Below, piece by piece: positions 1 through 10,208 of a stretch of 64,000 nt of DNA (position 1 is the stretch's first letter; each line of letters opens with the position of its first letter). The DNA comes from an uncultured Alphaproteobacteria bacterium (GTDB taxonomy: Bacteria > Pseudomonadota > Alphaproteobacteria > Rhizobiales > Methyloligellaceae), in contig CAVSFJ010000022.1 in assembly GCA_963727165.1 (NCBI GenBank), positions 53,726-117,725 on the forward strand, read 5' to 3'. The notes under the pieces were generated by a model. That model worked only from the letters and a program-made list of their open reading frames with translations. It was not told the origin of the DNA and searched no databases. A program made the position numbers and the translations under genes.

Positions 1-107
1 GAGATGCCGAGCATGCCGTGTCCCGGCACGAAGGTCGCCTCGGTGTCGCCGGCGGTGATCCGCGTGGCCGTGGGATCGTCGAAAGGATTGGGGACGGGTG
101 TGGTCAC
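1..107 (-). CDS. N-terminal fragment of a probable aldose 1-epimerase-family protein (runs off window)
   Basis: GTG overlaps the aguB stop (GTGA). Reads MTTPVPNPFDDPTATRITAGDTEATFVPGHGMLGIS; the ATFVPxxGMLGxS segment resembles aldose-epimerase N-termini. Only ~36 codons are visible. Confidence 0.45.
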   Translation of the reverse strand, partial: MTTPVPNPFDDPTATRITAGDTEATFVPGHGMLGI

Positions 108-964
108 AGCAGATGCTTTCCGTAGAGGTCGGTGCGGCGGTCGCGAAAGAAGCCCCAATCGGCACGGTAGGCGGCAATCGCGTCGAGGTCGAAGCGCGCC
201 GCGATCACGCCTTCGTCGGTCTCGCCGAGCTCGGCGATCATCTCGCCGGTGTGGTCGGCGATGAAGGAATGACCGTAATATTTCTGGCTCACGCCGTCAT
301 TCTCCTCCAGGCCGATGCGGTTCGCGGCGACGATGGGTACGGCGTTCGCCACCGCGTGGCCCTGCATGGCGCGCTGCCAGCGTCGGCGCGTGTCGAGGCT
401 CTCATCATAGGGCTCAGAGCCGATGGCCGTGGGATAGAGCAGCACCTCGGCGCCTTCGAGCACCATGGCGCGGGCGGCCTCCGGGTACCACTGGTCCCAG
501 CAAATGCCGACGCCGATCACGCCGTGCTCGGTCTTCCATGCCTTGAAGCCGGTGTCGCCGGGGCGGAAATAGTATTTCTCCTGGTAGCCGGGTCCGTCGG
601 GGATGTGGCTCTTGCGGTAGACGCCCAGCACCTCGCCGTCGGCGTCGACGATGGCCACGCTGTTGTAGTAGCGCGGGCCGTCTTTCTCGAAGAAGGAGAC
701 GGGGATGACCACGCCGAGTCTCTTGGCAACGGTCTGGAGCGCGCGCACGCAAGGATGCTCGGCAGTCGGGTAAGCGGTCTCGAACCATTTCGGGTCCTGG
801 ACCGTCGGGAAATAGATGCCCTGGAACAGCTCGGGCGGCAGGATCACTTGCGCGTCCTGTTCGGCCGCGTCGCAGACGAGGCTCTCGATCTTGTCGAGGT
901 TCGCCTTCATGTCGGAACCGAAGGACGCCTGGATGGCGGCCACGGCGAGGGTGCGCTGTGCCAT
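104..964 (-). CDS. aguB: N-carbamoylputrescine amidase (nitrilase family)
   Basis: PELF, YRKSHIPDGPGYQEKYYF and GICWDQWYPE (E-K-C triad); directly downstream of agmatine deiminase. Confidence 0.93.
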   Translation of the reverse strand: MAQRTLAVAAIQASFGSDMKANLDKIESLVCDAAEQDAQVILPPELFQGIYFPTVQDPKWFETAYPTAEHPCVRALQTVAKRLGVVIPVSFFEKDGPRYYNSVAIVDADGEVLGVYRKSHIPDGPGYQEKYYFRPGDTGFKAWKTEHGVIGVGICWDQWYPEAARAMVLEGAEVLLYPTAIGSEPYDESLDTRRRWQRAMQGHAVANAVPIVAANRIGLEENDGVSQKYYGHSFIADHTGEMIAELGETDEGVIAARFDLDAIAAYRADWGFFRDRRTDLYGKHLL

Positions 965-1987
965 TAGGCGGGTTCCTCGCAGGTGATGCAGTGGAACGAG
1001 CCGCCACCGGCGATGCCGGCACCGAGCAGGCCACGGGAGGGGAGGCCGATCACCTCGCGGTCCGGGAAGACGCCGCGCAAGGCATCGAGCGCGGCCGCTT
1101 CCGTTGCCGTGCCGTAGACCGGCACGATCACGACGCCGTTGGCGATGACGAAATTCACATGGGATGCCGGTGCGACCTCGCCATGCGCGTTCAAGACGCG
1201 GCCAGGGCTGGGCACGCGGGTAACGTCGAGCGCCCGGCCCTTCGCGTCGGTCGCGGTTTCGAGACTCGTGGCGATGGCATCGAGCACTTCAGCATTCGGG
1301 TCGTCGGCGCCTGCGGGCGATTGGCAGACGACGCGGGCGGGGCCAACGAAACGGGCGATGTTGTCCACGTGGCCGTCCGTGTGGTCTCCGGCGAGACCTT
1401 CGTCGATCCAGATGATCTTTCTGGCGCCGAGCGCGGTGCGCAGAGCCGCTTCCGCCTCTTCCTTGGTCCAGGCATTGCGGTTCGCGTTGAGCAGGGTCTG
1501 GCGCGTGGTGAGGATGGTGCCTTCGCCGTCATGGTCGATGGCGCCGCCCTCGAGCACGAAGTCGAAGCCCATGATCGGCGTGGCCGAAAGTTGCGCGATG
1601 TCGTCACCGACCGTGTCGTCGCCATCGAGATCGAACTTGCCGCCCCAGCCATTGGTCTTGAAGCGGAGCGCGACCGCGCCGCGGGGCCCGCGGGCGAAGA
1701 TCGGGCCGGTATCGCGCAGCCAGATGTCCCCGTATTTGGCGGGCACGATCTCCGCGGCGTCGCCGACCGCGGCACTTGCCGAGCCTTCCGCTTCCGCGCC
1801 ATTGACCAGGAGCCGGACCGTGTTGCTCTCAGCGAGCGCGCGGACCATCGCCGCCACGTCGCGGCGCGGCGCTGGCGAGGTCGTCGTTCCATTCCGCCGG
1901 GTCGGCCGGCCAAGCGGTCCAGATCGCCTTTTGCGGCGCCCATTCGGGGAGCACGGTGATGGTCTGCTCGGTCAGGGAAATCGTCAT
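964..1987 (-). CDS. aguA: Agmatine deiminase, with one frameshift near 1860-1875
   Basis: N-terminal frame MTISL..LPEWAPQKAIWTAWP (ATG at 1987) joins the 964..1857 ORF, which has DIWLRDTGP, LEGG, DHTDGHVD and GGGSFHCIT motifs. Confidence 0.88.
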
Positions 1988-2218
1988 GAAAGCGCGGCGG
2001 AAGGCCGGAGGGCGGTTGGAGCGTGGCGGGCGTGCTTCAGGGCAAAGCAGGCCTTCAGATGCGTGTTATGGGGGAGGGTTGAGCGCCCGGCAAGGGACGC
2101 CGGCGAAGCAGATCGAGCTTAAGAAGGGTGCAGGGTGAGGCGCGGCGTCATTTTGCGGGCGCTCAGCGGGGTATGACGCGGGGAGCGCCCGTCAACAAAT
2201 ATCGGTTGGTCTTACGCT

Positions 2219-2518
2219 TCAGGCTGACGCAATCCACTCGCCGGCGATATAGCCGAAGGCAACCGCATCAGGGTTCCGCTTGGCGGCAAGCACGAGCTTT
2301 TCCTTCGCGTCGACAACGACGCCTTCGCGTTTCTCGCCCGTGCCCTTGCCGTCGTTCTTAAAGCCGCTCAGAAGGATGACCTTCTTGCCGCGCACGACAA
2401 TCTTGGGGAGTGCCATAACCGCCTCCGTTTGCGGCCCCCTCAAGATGAGCTCTGGTCTTTGGACTTCAGAGTCCGAACTCGAGGCAGCCTGTTTATCGGC
2501 GACCCCCACGTCAGCCAT
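2219..2518 (-). CDS. Small hypothetical protein (~99 aa)
   Basis: Fills the gap between aguA and the epimerase; plausible codon usage; GCTATA -10-like element just upstream. No recognisable family. Confidence 0.45.
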   Translation of the reverse strand: MADVGVADKQAASSSDSEVQRPELILRGPQTEAVMALPKIVVRGKKVILLSGFKNDGKGTGEKREGVVVDAKEKLVLAAKRNPDAVAFGYIAGEWIASA

Positions 2519-2603
2519 GATCATCTTATAGCAGTCGATTGCGACGATCGTAAGACCGGAGGCTTGAAAGCGCTTAAAAATCGAGACGTTGCGCAGTGCA
2601 GCA

Positions 2604-3557
2604 TCAAGTCGCTGCGTGTTGCGCGAGCGCCGCGAGTCCTTGCTGCGTTGCAACAGGCGGCGTCCAATCGAGACGTCGCAGCGCCGACGGATCGGCGACG
2701 AGCGACCCGAAGAGGGGTTCTGCGCCCGTGGCTTGTCCCGCCGCGCGCAACGCGGCTTTGAGCATGGGCCGAGGCACGTAGAAGAGGCCTGCGCGGCGCC
2801 CGAGCCCCTGCCGCATCGCGGCAACGATCTCGCCGATGGTGAGCGGCTTGGGGTCGGCGACGAGGAAAGGCCGCCGCAAGGGCGCAGGCGCGGCGAGGAT
2901 CCGGTCGACCGCCTCGACCAGATTGTCGAGGGCGAGCAGCGAGTGACGCGCATTCAGCCCGGCAAGGGGCAGCGGATAGGGCGAGCGGGCGAGCTTGATG
3001 AGCCGCGCGACATTGCCTTGGGCGCCCGGACCGTAGACGAGCGCGAGCCGCAGCGCGGCCCAATCGAGTCCGGTTTCCGCCAGGCCCTTCTCGGCTTCGA
3101 GCTTCGACCGGCCATAGGCGTCGGTGGGCTCGGGGTCCCGTTCCTCGGTGAGCACGCCCTCCGCGGTCGGCCCGGCTTGCGCCCGCACCGACGACAAGAA
3201 GACGAAGCGCTTCACCCGCGCCCGCTCGGCGGCACGGGCAAAGCGAAGCGTGGCCTCGGTGTTGAACAGGCGATAGTCGTCTTCGGGGAGGCCCGACATG
3301 GCGTGGGCGATGCCGGCGGAGTGGATCACCGCGTCGACGTCCGCCAAGGCCTCGGACATGTTGTAGGGCTTGGCGAGATCGCCGATGAGCACGCTGGCGC
3401 AGCCCTCAGGCAGCATGGTCGGCCGGCGCATGAGCACACGCAAGCGATAGCCGCGGGCTGACAGCCCTTTGAGGAGATGCTGGCCGATGAAGCCCGTGGC
3501 GCCAGTGAGCGCCACGAGCGGTTTCCGGGCCGGCTCTTGTGGTCCTGCTCCCGTCAT
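2604..3557 (-). CDS. NAD-dependent epimerase/dehydratase (extended SDR)
   Basis: TGATGFIG Rossmann motif, FLSS, YGRSK catalytic motif, VYGPG. Confidence 0.88.
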   Translation of the reverse strand: MTGAGPQEPARKPLVALTGATGFIGQHLLKGLSARGYRLRVLMRRPTMLPEGCASVLIGDLAKPYNMSEALADVDAVIHSAGIAHAMSGLPEDDYRLFNTEATLRFARAAERARVKRFVFLSSVRAQAGPTAEGVLTEERDPEPTDAYGRSKLEAEKGLAETGLDWAALRLALVYGPGAQGNVARLIKLARSPYPLPLAGLNARHSLLALDNLVEAVDRILAAPAPLRRPFLVADPKPLTIGEIVAAMRQGLGRRAGLFYVPRPMLKAALRAAGQATGAEPLFGSLVADPSALRRLDWTPPVATQQGLAALAQHAAT

Positions 3558-3678
3558 GCCGCTCCGCCGCGCCGGGCGCCTAGAGTCGGGCCCGGCGTTC
3601 TTTACGCCATGAGTTCACAACCACATTTTGGCCAGAGCAAGCCCCCCTCCTGGGGCGGCTTGCCGCTGGCGAAGCGCC

Positions 3679-4380
3679 CTAGTAGCAGGGCGGGTAGGGG
3701 TAATAACCGCAAGGCGGCGGGCCATAAGGATAGGCATAGGGCCGCGCGACCGCCGCACCGACGGCGCCCGCCGCCACGCCGGCGCCGAAGGCGACGCCCG
3801 GGCGGGCATACCAGGCGCCGTGCCAAGCGGGCCTGCCGCCATAGACGTTCACGTGGCCGCCGCGGGGACCGTTGATGTGGGCCGCGAAGCGGTCGATGAA
3901 GAGCGCCGCGGCACCGTCTGCGGTCTTCAAGCCGCCTTCGAGCACGGAGACATCGAAGGTCAGCTTGTCGCCGTCGAGCTTGGGCGATTTGAGCTCAACC
4001 ACGGCGTCTTCAACCTTGTCGCCTTCCTTGCTGAGCACCGAGATGGTGGCGTTCGGCGGGTTCTTGGCGAAGCTGTCGGAACCCTCGTCCCACTCGCGGA
4101 GGAAATGCGCGGTCAGAACGTGACCCGCGGCATGCACGGGACGGTCGGCGAAGACGATGGTGTTGGGCGACACGCCGTTGAGTGTCAGGGTGTTGCCGTT
4201 GAGCGTTGCACCGTCGGCGTTGAGCACGGCGAGCGATGCGACCATGTCGTTCTGGGTCAGACCGGACGGGCCGATCGGCTTCGCGGCCGGCTGGCTAATA
4301 GCATCCGCGGCAGCTGAAACCCCCGGCACGAGCAGGGTTGCGCAAGCCGCCAGCATGCAAAGCGTGCGGTTAAGTGTCAT
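3679..4380 (-). CDS. Secreted hypothetical protein with Gly/Pro/Tyr-rich C-terminus
   Basis: Strong SD (GGAGGAGG), signal peptide, FADRP motif, C-terminal PCGYYPYPPCY. Confidence 0.8.
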   Translation of the reverse strand: MTLNRTLCMLAACATLLVPGVSAAADAISQPAAKPIGPSGLTQNDMVASLAVLNADGATLNGNTLTLNGVSPNTIVFADRPVHAAGHVLTAHFLREWDEGSDSFAKNPPNATISVLSKEGDKVEDAVVELKSPKLDGDKLTFDVSVLEGGLKTADGAAALFIDRFAAHINGPRGGHVNVYGGRPAWHGAWYARPGVAFGAGVAAGAVGAAVARPYAYPYGPPPCGYYPYPPCY

Positions 4381-4517
4381 GTAAGCCTCCTCCTAGGCGA
4401 TTGCAGGAACGTTGAGCCGCTCCACAGGAAAGACGAACGGTAACGCAGATTCGTGACGCGCGATGGCGGCACGATCAGTCTTGGTGTGCCGTTCGTAACT
4501 TTATATGGAGGCGATCG

Positions 4518-5486
4518 CTAGAATTTGAAGCTCACTGCGGCGTCGACCACATTGCCTTTGAACGTGTTCTTGGCGTCGAACTCATGGTAGCCCTTGACGA
4601 TCACCGTGAGAGCCTTGGTCGGGTCTGCGCTGGTGGTGAAAGTCAGGATCGGGCCCACGCTATACACGCGCGACTCGAACGAACCGAGACGCGCACCGGC
4701 GCCGCTGTCGCCGGTGGTCTGGATCATGGCGTAGCTCACGACGCCCACGCCGAGCGGACCGAAGTTCTTGGTGATCGAGCCCTCGAGATTCAGAATGTCA
4801 CCCGTCTCGTAATCGGTGGCTGGGTTCTCCCAGTTCACCGAGTAGATGGCGGCGCCAGTGGCTTGCCATCCCGTCTTCGGATCGAAATAGGTTCCGGCGA
4901 GCCGCGTCATCACGGCCCAATGGTTGAGGCTCGTATTGGCGAGCTGCTTGGTGCTGTAGTCGCCGGTTGGCGCGAAACCGAACACGCCGACATTCCAGTG
5001 AAAGTTCCCTTCATCCCAGCCGAGGACGAAGGGCGAGAAGGCGGTGTCGCCGAGCGCGAGATTGGTATCGCCGCGGTTCAACTGAAACGGTCCGAAGCTT
5101 CTGCCGCGCGGACCGGTAAAGGCCGGGATCTCGACACCGACATCGACATCCATGGCGACCACACTTGGCACCACGGCCATGGCCAGCGTTCCGCCGAACA
5201 GCTTCCAGGGGGTGACGATGTTGAGTGCGGGGAGGGTGGCCGTGTAGTCCTGATCCACGGAGAGCCCGACGCGGCCGTCGAAGATCGTTGTGCTGGCGGA
5301 ACCCTCATAGTGGTAGGCGTCGGTGCGGAAATAGACACCGGGAACCGAAGGAATGACGCCGCCGAAAATGTCGGTATAGCCTTTGACCCAAGGGCCCGTG
5401 CCGAACTCCGCGGCTTGCCCAGGGCAGGCGCCGAGCGTGGCGAGGACCATTGCAGCCGTGACGGCTGTCGCGCTCCTCCGTGGCAT
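4518..5486 (-). CDS. SphA / Phenol_MetA_deg family outer-membrane beta-barrel
   Basis: Signal peptide, LGD..P, APTGDY, NPATDYETG motifs, terminal aromatic SFKF. Confidence 0.8.
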   Translation of the reverse strand: MPRRSATAVTAAMVLATLGACPGQAAEFGTGPWVKGYTDIFGGVIPSVPGVYFRTDAYHYEGSASTTIFDGRVGLSVDQDYTATLPALNIVTPWKLFGGTLAMAVVPSVVAMDVDVGVEIPAFTGPRGRSFGPFQLNRGDTNLALGDTAFSPFVLGWDEGNFHWNVGVFGFAPTGDYSTKQLANTSLNHWAVMTRLAGTYFDPKTGWQATGAAIYSVNWENPATDYETGDILNLEGSITKNFGPLGVGVVSYAMIQTTGDSGAGARLGSFESRVYSVGPILTFTTSADPTKALTVIVKGYHEFDAKNTFKGNVVDAAVSFKF

Positions 5487-5696
5487 CGGCAATCCCTCCC
5501 CAAAGATGCGTGCCGTCTCGTCGCTTATTCTACGCAGGGCCCCGGCCGCCCGCCATCGGCCAGAGGGTGGCTCGTTGCAGAATCCGCACGGCGGGATGCC
5601 GATTTGCCACAGCTTCCCGCTTGCCCCTTATTCTGTTGGTAACTCACAGGAGCCGCTGCTTCGCTGAGCCAAGCTCGGATCATGTTAGGTGGTGCT

Positions 5697-6619
5697 ATGG
5701 GCCGCGCTCCAATCCTGATTGTTTTGATCCTTGCCGCTGTTGGGCTCGCGCTCCTGGTCAATGCCATGCTGGTCGGGGCCAAGACCCGTCCCGCCGTGGC
5801 GCGCACCGGCGGCCACCTCATTGAGACAGGTGTCGTCACCGCCAATGTCAGGGTCGAGGGCGAGGGGGCGCCAATCGTCCTCATTCATGGGTTCGGCGCC
5901 GCGCTCGATTGGTGGGATGCGATCGCGCCGGGACTAGCCCGCGACCATAAGGTGATCCGTCTCGATCTTATCGGCCACGGCGGCACCGAAGCGCCCGCGT
6001 CTGGCTATTCGATCGAGCGGCAGGCGGCGCTGGTCAAGGCCGTGCTCGATAAGCTTGGCGTGGGGCGGCTCGCCGTGGTCGGCCATTCCATGGGCGGCGA
6101 GGTGGCGACGGCCTTCACCGCGCTCGACCCGGCGCGGGTGGAGCGCCTCGTGCTGATCAATTCGCCGCCCAAGCCCGAGACCACGTTCGATCTCATGACG
6201 CGCCTTGCGCTCACGCCTGTCATTGGCGAGGCCCTATGGCGCTTGCGGACCGGCACGATGCTGCGCCAGGCGCTGGCCCAAGGCTTCGCGCCCGGGCTTT
6301 CCGGTGCCTGAAAAGTTCGTCGCCGATCTCTGGCAGCTCACCTACACGGTCTTTCACAACGCCCATGACGACAGCCTCGCCTATGTCACCGCGCAGGGGA
6401 CGCCCGAGCGGCTTGGCGGCGCTCAATCCCGTGCCGCCGCTCCTTGTCATCTTCGGGACGCGCGATCAGCTTATCTCGCCGGAAAGCGCCAAGCTCTTTG
6501 ACAAAGTGCCGGGCGCGAACGTTGTCATGGTCGATGGGGCAGGGCACTCTCCCATGGTCGAGGCGCCGGAGAAGACCTTGGCGCTGATCAGGGACTTTCT
6601 CGATCGCCCTACTCCGTGA
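5697..6619 (+). CDS. Alpha/beta hydrolase, with two +1 frameshifts (~6292, ~6416)
   Basis: HGFG, GHSMGG nucleophile elbow, then GTRD and GAGH in shifted frames. The extra bases lie in C/G runs. Confidence 0.8.
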
Positions 6620-6633
6620 CCCGGGAGAAACCT

Positions 6634-7650
6634 ATGCGCGTAGATCTCTGTCGGACGATTCTCTTTGCTGCCCTGATTGGCTTGTGTGGCGCCGTGCTGC
6701 CGGCCCGGGCGCAGAGCCCGGATCCGTTGCCGTCCTGGAACGAGAGCCCGGTCAAGGCGAGCATCCTCGATTTCGTCGAGAGGGTGACGACGAAGGGCAG
6801 CCCCGACTACGTGGCGCCGCAAGACCGCATCGCCACCTTCGACAATGACGGCACGCTGTGGGTCGAGAAGCCGCTCTACACCCAGTTCGTCTTCGTCATT
6901 GATCGGGTCAAGGCCGTGTCGAACCAGCATCCCGACTGGAAGACCAAGGAGCCTTTCAAGTCGGCCTTGGACGGCAACACCGAAAAGCTCCTCACCTACG
7001 GAGAGAAGGGGGCCATGACGCTTGTCGCGGCCACCCATAGCGGCATGACGACGGTCGAGTTCAACGACATCGTGTCGAACTGGCTCAAGACCGCCAGGCA
7101 TCCGCGCTTCAAGCGCCCCTACACCGAGCTCACCTACGAACCGATGATCGAGCTGCTCGATTACCTCCGCGCCAATGATTTCAAGACGTTCATCGTCTCC
7201 GGTGGCGGAGTGGCGTTCATGCGCGCCTATACGGAGCAGTGCTACGGCATTCCGCCGTGGCACGTGGTCGGCTCCTCAGGCAAGACCCAGTTCCGCATGT
7301 GGGACGCAAGCCCGACGCTGGTGAAGCTGCCCGACCTTCTGTTCTTCGATGACGGGCCGGGCAAGGCGGAAGGCATCAATCACTTCATCGGGCGCCAGCC
7401 GATCTTCGCCTTCGGCAACTCGATCGGCGACAAGGAGATGCTGGAGTGGACCGCCAACTGTCCCGGCCTTTGCTTCATGGGGCTTGTCCATCACACGGAC
7501 GCTGTCCGTGAGTACGCCTACGGCCCCAACTCCGACGTCGGCAAATTCCCTGTCTCGCTGCTCGAGCAGGCGAACGCGCAAGGCTGGAGCGTGGTCAACA
7601 TGAAGACCGATTGGAAAGTGATCTTCCCTTGGGAGAAGCCCAGTCCGTAA
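6634..7650 (+). CDS. Secreted HAD-family hydrolase (nonspecific acid phosphatase-like)
   Basis: Signal peptide, LPSWN, FDNDGTLWVE, IVSGGG, FGNSIGD, HHTDAVREYAY. Confidence 0.88.
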   Translation: MRVDLCRTILFAALIGLCGAVLPARAQSPDPLPSWNESPVKASILDFVERVTTKGSPDYVAPQDRIATFDNDGTLWVEKPLYTQFVFVIDRVKAVSNQHPDWKTKEPFKSALDGNTEKLLTYGEKGAMTLVAATHSGMTTVEFNDIVSNWLKTARHPRFKRPYTELTYEPMIELLDYLRANDFKTFIVSGGGVAFMRAYTEQCYGIPPWHVVGSSGKTQFRMWDASPTLVKLPDLLFFDDGPGKAEGINHFIGRQPIFAFGNSIGDKEMLEWTANCPGLCFMGLVHHTDAVREYAYGPNSDVGKFPVSLLEQANAQGWSVVNMKTDWKVIFPWEKPSP

Positions 7651-7659
7651 GGAGGCGAA

Positions 7660-8037
7660 ATGCTGCGCGCGCTGATGCTCGTTTCGGGGTGTATTGAGAT
7701 CGTCTTTGGAGTCGTCGCCGTCGTCGCGCCGGACCCCGTTATCGAGGCGGTCGGTGCGAAAGGCGACGTCCAAGCGCCGGTCCTCGCCCTCATCAGCCTG
7801 CTCGGTGCCGCGACCTTAGGTTTGGGTGTGGGCGCGCTTGTCGGCCGCAATCACCTCGAGACGGTCGGTGGGCGCGCGGCCGCCTACGGGCTTGGCCTCT
7901 ACAATGTGGTCGGGGCCTTGGTCCTCCTCTTCGCCGCATCCGATGTGGGCAGCTCCGGTCTGTGGGGTGGAGCGGTGCTCCACGCCGTGATCGCCTTGCT
8001 GTTTGTCTACGCGTTCGCGACGCGGAAAAGCGCCTAA
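7660..8037 (+). CDS. Four-TM membrane protein
   Basis: SD AAGGAGG; four hydrophobic segments. Confidence 0.75.
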   Translation: MLRALMLVSGCIEIVFGVVAVVAPDPVIEAVGAKGDVQAPVLALISLLGAATLGLGVGALVGRNHLETVGGRAAAYGLGLYNVVGALVLLFAASDVGSSGLWGGAVLHAVIALLFVYAFATRKSA

Positions 8038-8042
8038 CGCCG

Positions 8043-8381
8043 CTAGCACCTCTTCATCGACACGTTCTGGGTCGCGCGCATGCCGATGGCCCGTGCCGCG
8101 CCCGCCGAGAGGTCGAGGCTCACGCCCTTGGTGAAGGGGCCGCGGTCGTTTACGCGCACCTTGACCGACTTGCCGGTCCGGGGGTTGCTCACAAGCAGGC
8201 AGGTGCCGAAGGGAAGGGACCGATGGGCTGCCGTCAGGCCGTCGGGGTTGAACCTCTCGCCCGAGGCTGTGCGATGGCCCCGAAGCTCGTTGCCGTACCA
8301 GGTGGCGCCCACGGTCTGCATGGCCTGAGCCGGCCCTGCCACGGCGAGAAGAGAAAGACTGAGAAGACCCCAAAGTCGCAT
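8043..8381 (-). CDS. rlpA: RlpA-family lytic transglycosylase (DPBB domain only)
   Basis: ATWYG, TASGE, TAAHRSLPFG, VRVNDRGPF, LDLS. Confidence 0.88.
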   Translation of the reverse strand: MRLWGLLSLSLLAVAGPAQAMQTVGATWYGNELRGHRTASGERFNPDGLTAAHRSLPFGTCLLVSNPRTGKSVKVRVNDRGPFTKGVSLDLSAGAARAIGMRATQNVSMKRC

Positions 8382-8496
8382 GATCTATTGCTCCTGACGT
8401 TGACGTGGCCGTCAGGTAGCGGGAGGGAAGGGGCCAAAGTTCGGAGACCCTTGGGCGCCGGTGTGAGGAGGTCTGGGCGATTATGGGGCCGCGGCG

Positions 8497-8512
8497 TTAA
8501 GACCTTGGTAAC
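8497..8512. promoter_or_regulatory. CtrA-like site (one mismatch)
   Basis: TTAA-GACCTTG-GTAAC between rlpA and the aldolase gene. Confidence 0.35.
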
Positions 8513-8635
8513 GCTGGCCTACGGGCCGGCAGGCAGTTTTCCACAGCGGCCACCCCAAGAGTGGGGCTGCAAAGCGCGGCAATCCTGGCCTATAAGAGCC
8601 GGCAATAGGGTTTAGCAGGATTGGGAGAGAGACGT

Positions 8636-9661
8636 ATGGACCTCGCTGAGCTGAACAAAGTGGCCATGGCCATGACCACGCCCGGCAAGGGTATTCTCGC
8701 CGCCGACGAGTCGAGCGGCACGATCAAGAAGCGCTTCGATGCGATCGGGGTCGAGTCCACCGAGGAGAATCGCCGCGACTATCGCGAGTTCCTGTTCCGC
8801 ACGGCCAAGGCCATGCACGATCGCATCTCCGGCGTGATCCTGTACGACGAGACGATCCGGCAGAAGGCGGCGGACGGGACTCCGCTGGTCAAGCTCATCG
8901 AGGAGGCGGGATCGATCCCCGGCATCAAGGTGGACGAGGGGGCGAAGCCGCTCGCCTTCGCGCCCGGCGAGACCGTGACCGAGGGGCTCGACGGTCTGCG
9001 CGACCGGCTCATCGAGTATCGCGGGCTCGGCGCCAAGTTCTGCAAATGGCGGGCGGTGATCCATATCGGCCCCGGCATTCCGAGCTATGACTGCATCAAC
9101 TCCAATGCGCACGCGCTTGCGCGCTACGCGGCGCTTTGCCAGGAGCAGGATCTGGTGCCGATCGTCGAGCCCGAGGTGCTCATGAACGGCGACCACACCA
9201 TCGAGCGTTGCGAAGGAGTCACCGAGTGGGTGCTGAAGACCGTGTTCCAGGAGCTGTACTACGCGCGCGTGAAGCTCGAAGGCATGGTGCTCAAGCCGAA
9301 CATGATCGTGCCGGGCATGGAGTGCGCGACGCAAGCCTCGGACGATGAGATCGCCGAGAAGACGATCCGCGTTCTGAAAGAGTGCGTGCCGTCGGCGGTG
9401 CCGGGCATCGCCTTTCTGTCGGGTGGCCAGTCGGACGTCGAGGCCACCGCACGCCTCGACGCCATGCACAGGATCGGCGGTTTCCCGTGGCATCTCACCT
9501 TCTCTTATGGCCGGGCGTTGCAGCACGCGCCGCAAGTGGCTTGGTCGGGCAAGGTTGAGAACGTGCCGGCGGCGCAAGCGGCCTTCGCCCACCGGGCGGA
9601 GATGAACGGACTTGCCACGCTCGGCAAGTGGACGCCGGAGGTCGAGAAGCAGGCAGCCTAA
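8636..9661 (+). CDS. Class I fructose-bisphosphate aldolase
   Basis: GKGILAADES, VPIVEPEV, LKPNM, FLSGGQS, FSYGRALQ. Confidence 0.93.
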   Translation: MDLAELNKVAMAMTTPGKGILAADESSGTIKKRFDAIGVESTEENRRDYREFLFRTAKAMHDRISGVILYDETIRQKAADGTPLVKLIEEAGSIPGIKVDEGAKPLAFAPGETVTEGLDGLRDRLIEYRGLGAKFCKWRAVIHIGPGIPSYDCINSNAHALARYAALCQEQDLVPIVEPEVLMNGDHTIERCEGVTEWVLKTVFQELYYARVKLEGMVLKPNMIVPGMECATQASDDEIAEKTIRVLKECVPSAVPGIAFLSGGQSDVEATARLDAMHRIGGFPWHLTFSYGRALQHAPQVAWSGKVENVPAAQAAFAHRAEMNGLATLGKWTPEVEKQAA

Positions 9662-9679
9662 CAGGCGGCTTGCGATTTC

Positions 9680-9693
9680 TTGAGCCACGTCAA
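9680..9693. promoter_or_regulatory. FNR/FixK-type box
   Basis: TTGAG-CCAC-GTCAA, 60 bp upstream of the DUF3775 gene. Confidence 0.5.
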
Positions 9694-9753
9694 GGCGATG
9701 GGGGCTTCAAGCTTGGAGCTACTGGCTCAAAGGTAGCAGAGGTGGCCGGTTCG

Positions 9754-10191
9754 ATGGCTGATAACGATAACGACCCAAACGGTCCTTCGGACGAGCTTAC
9801 GATCTCGCCTGAGACGGTGTTCTTCATCATCGTGAAAGCGCGTGAGTTCGACGAGCAGGTCGCGCCGACAGATCCCGATTCCGGGTCCAACCCCACGGAT
9901 GATCGCGAAATCGACGTGCTGGAGGAAGAGGCGGACAATCCTGTCGTGCAGGAGCTGCGGGCGGCGTTCGCGCGGCTCAATATCGATGAGCAGCTCGACC
10001 TCCTGGCGCTCACTTGGCAGGGGCGCGGCGAATTCGGCACCTTCGCGGAAGCGCGGAAGGAAGCCGAGGGCTTGGAGGAAGTGCATGCCGGGCGCTATCT
10101 ACTCGGCACGCCGAAACTCGGCGACTACCTGGAAGAGGGCCTGTCCCAGCTCGGCATTTCGCTGGAGGACTTCGAGGTCAACCGGCTCTAG
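9754..10191 (+). CDS. DUF3775 domain protein
   Basis: IIVKAREFD, LALTWQGRG, YLLGTPKLGDYLEEGL. Confidence 0.85.
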   Translation: MADNDNDPNGPSDELTISPETVFFIIVKAREFDEQVAPTDPDSGSNPTDDREIDVLEEEADNPVVQELRAAFARLNIDEQLDLLALTWQGRGEFGTFAEARKEAEGLEEVHAGRYLLGTPKLGDYLEEGLSQLGISLEDFEVNRL

Positions 10192-10208
10192 CCGACGCGG
10201 ACTTCGCC

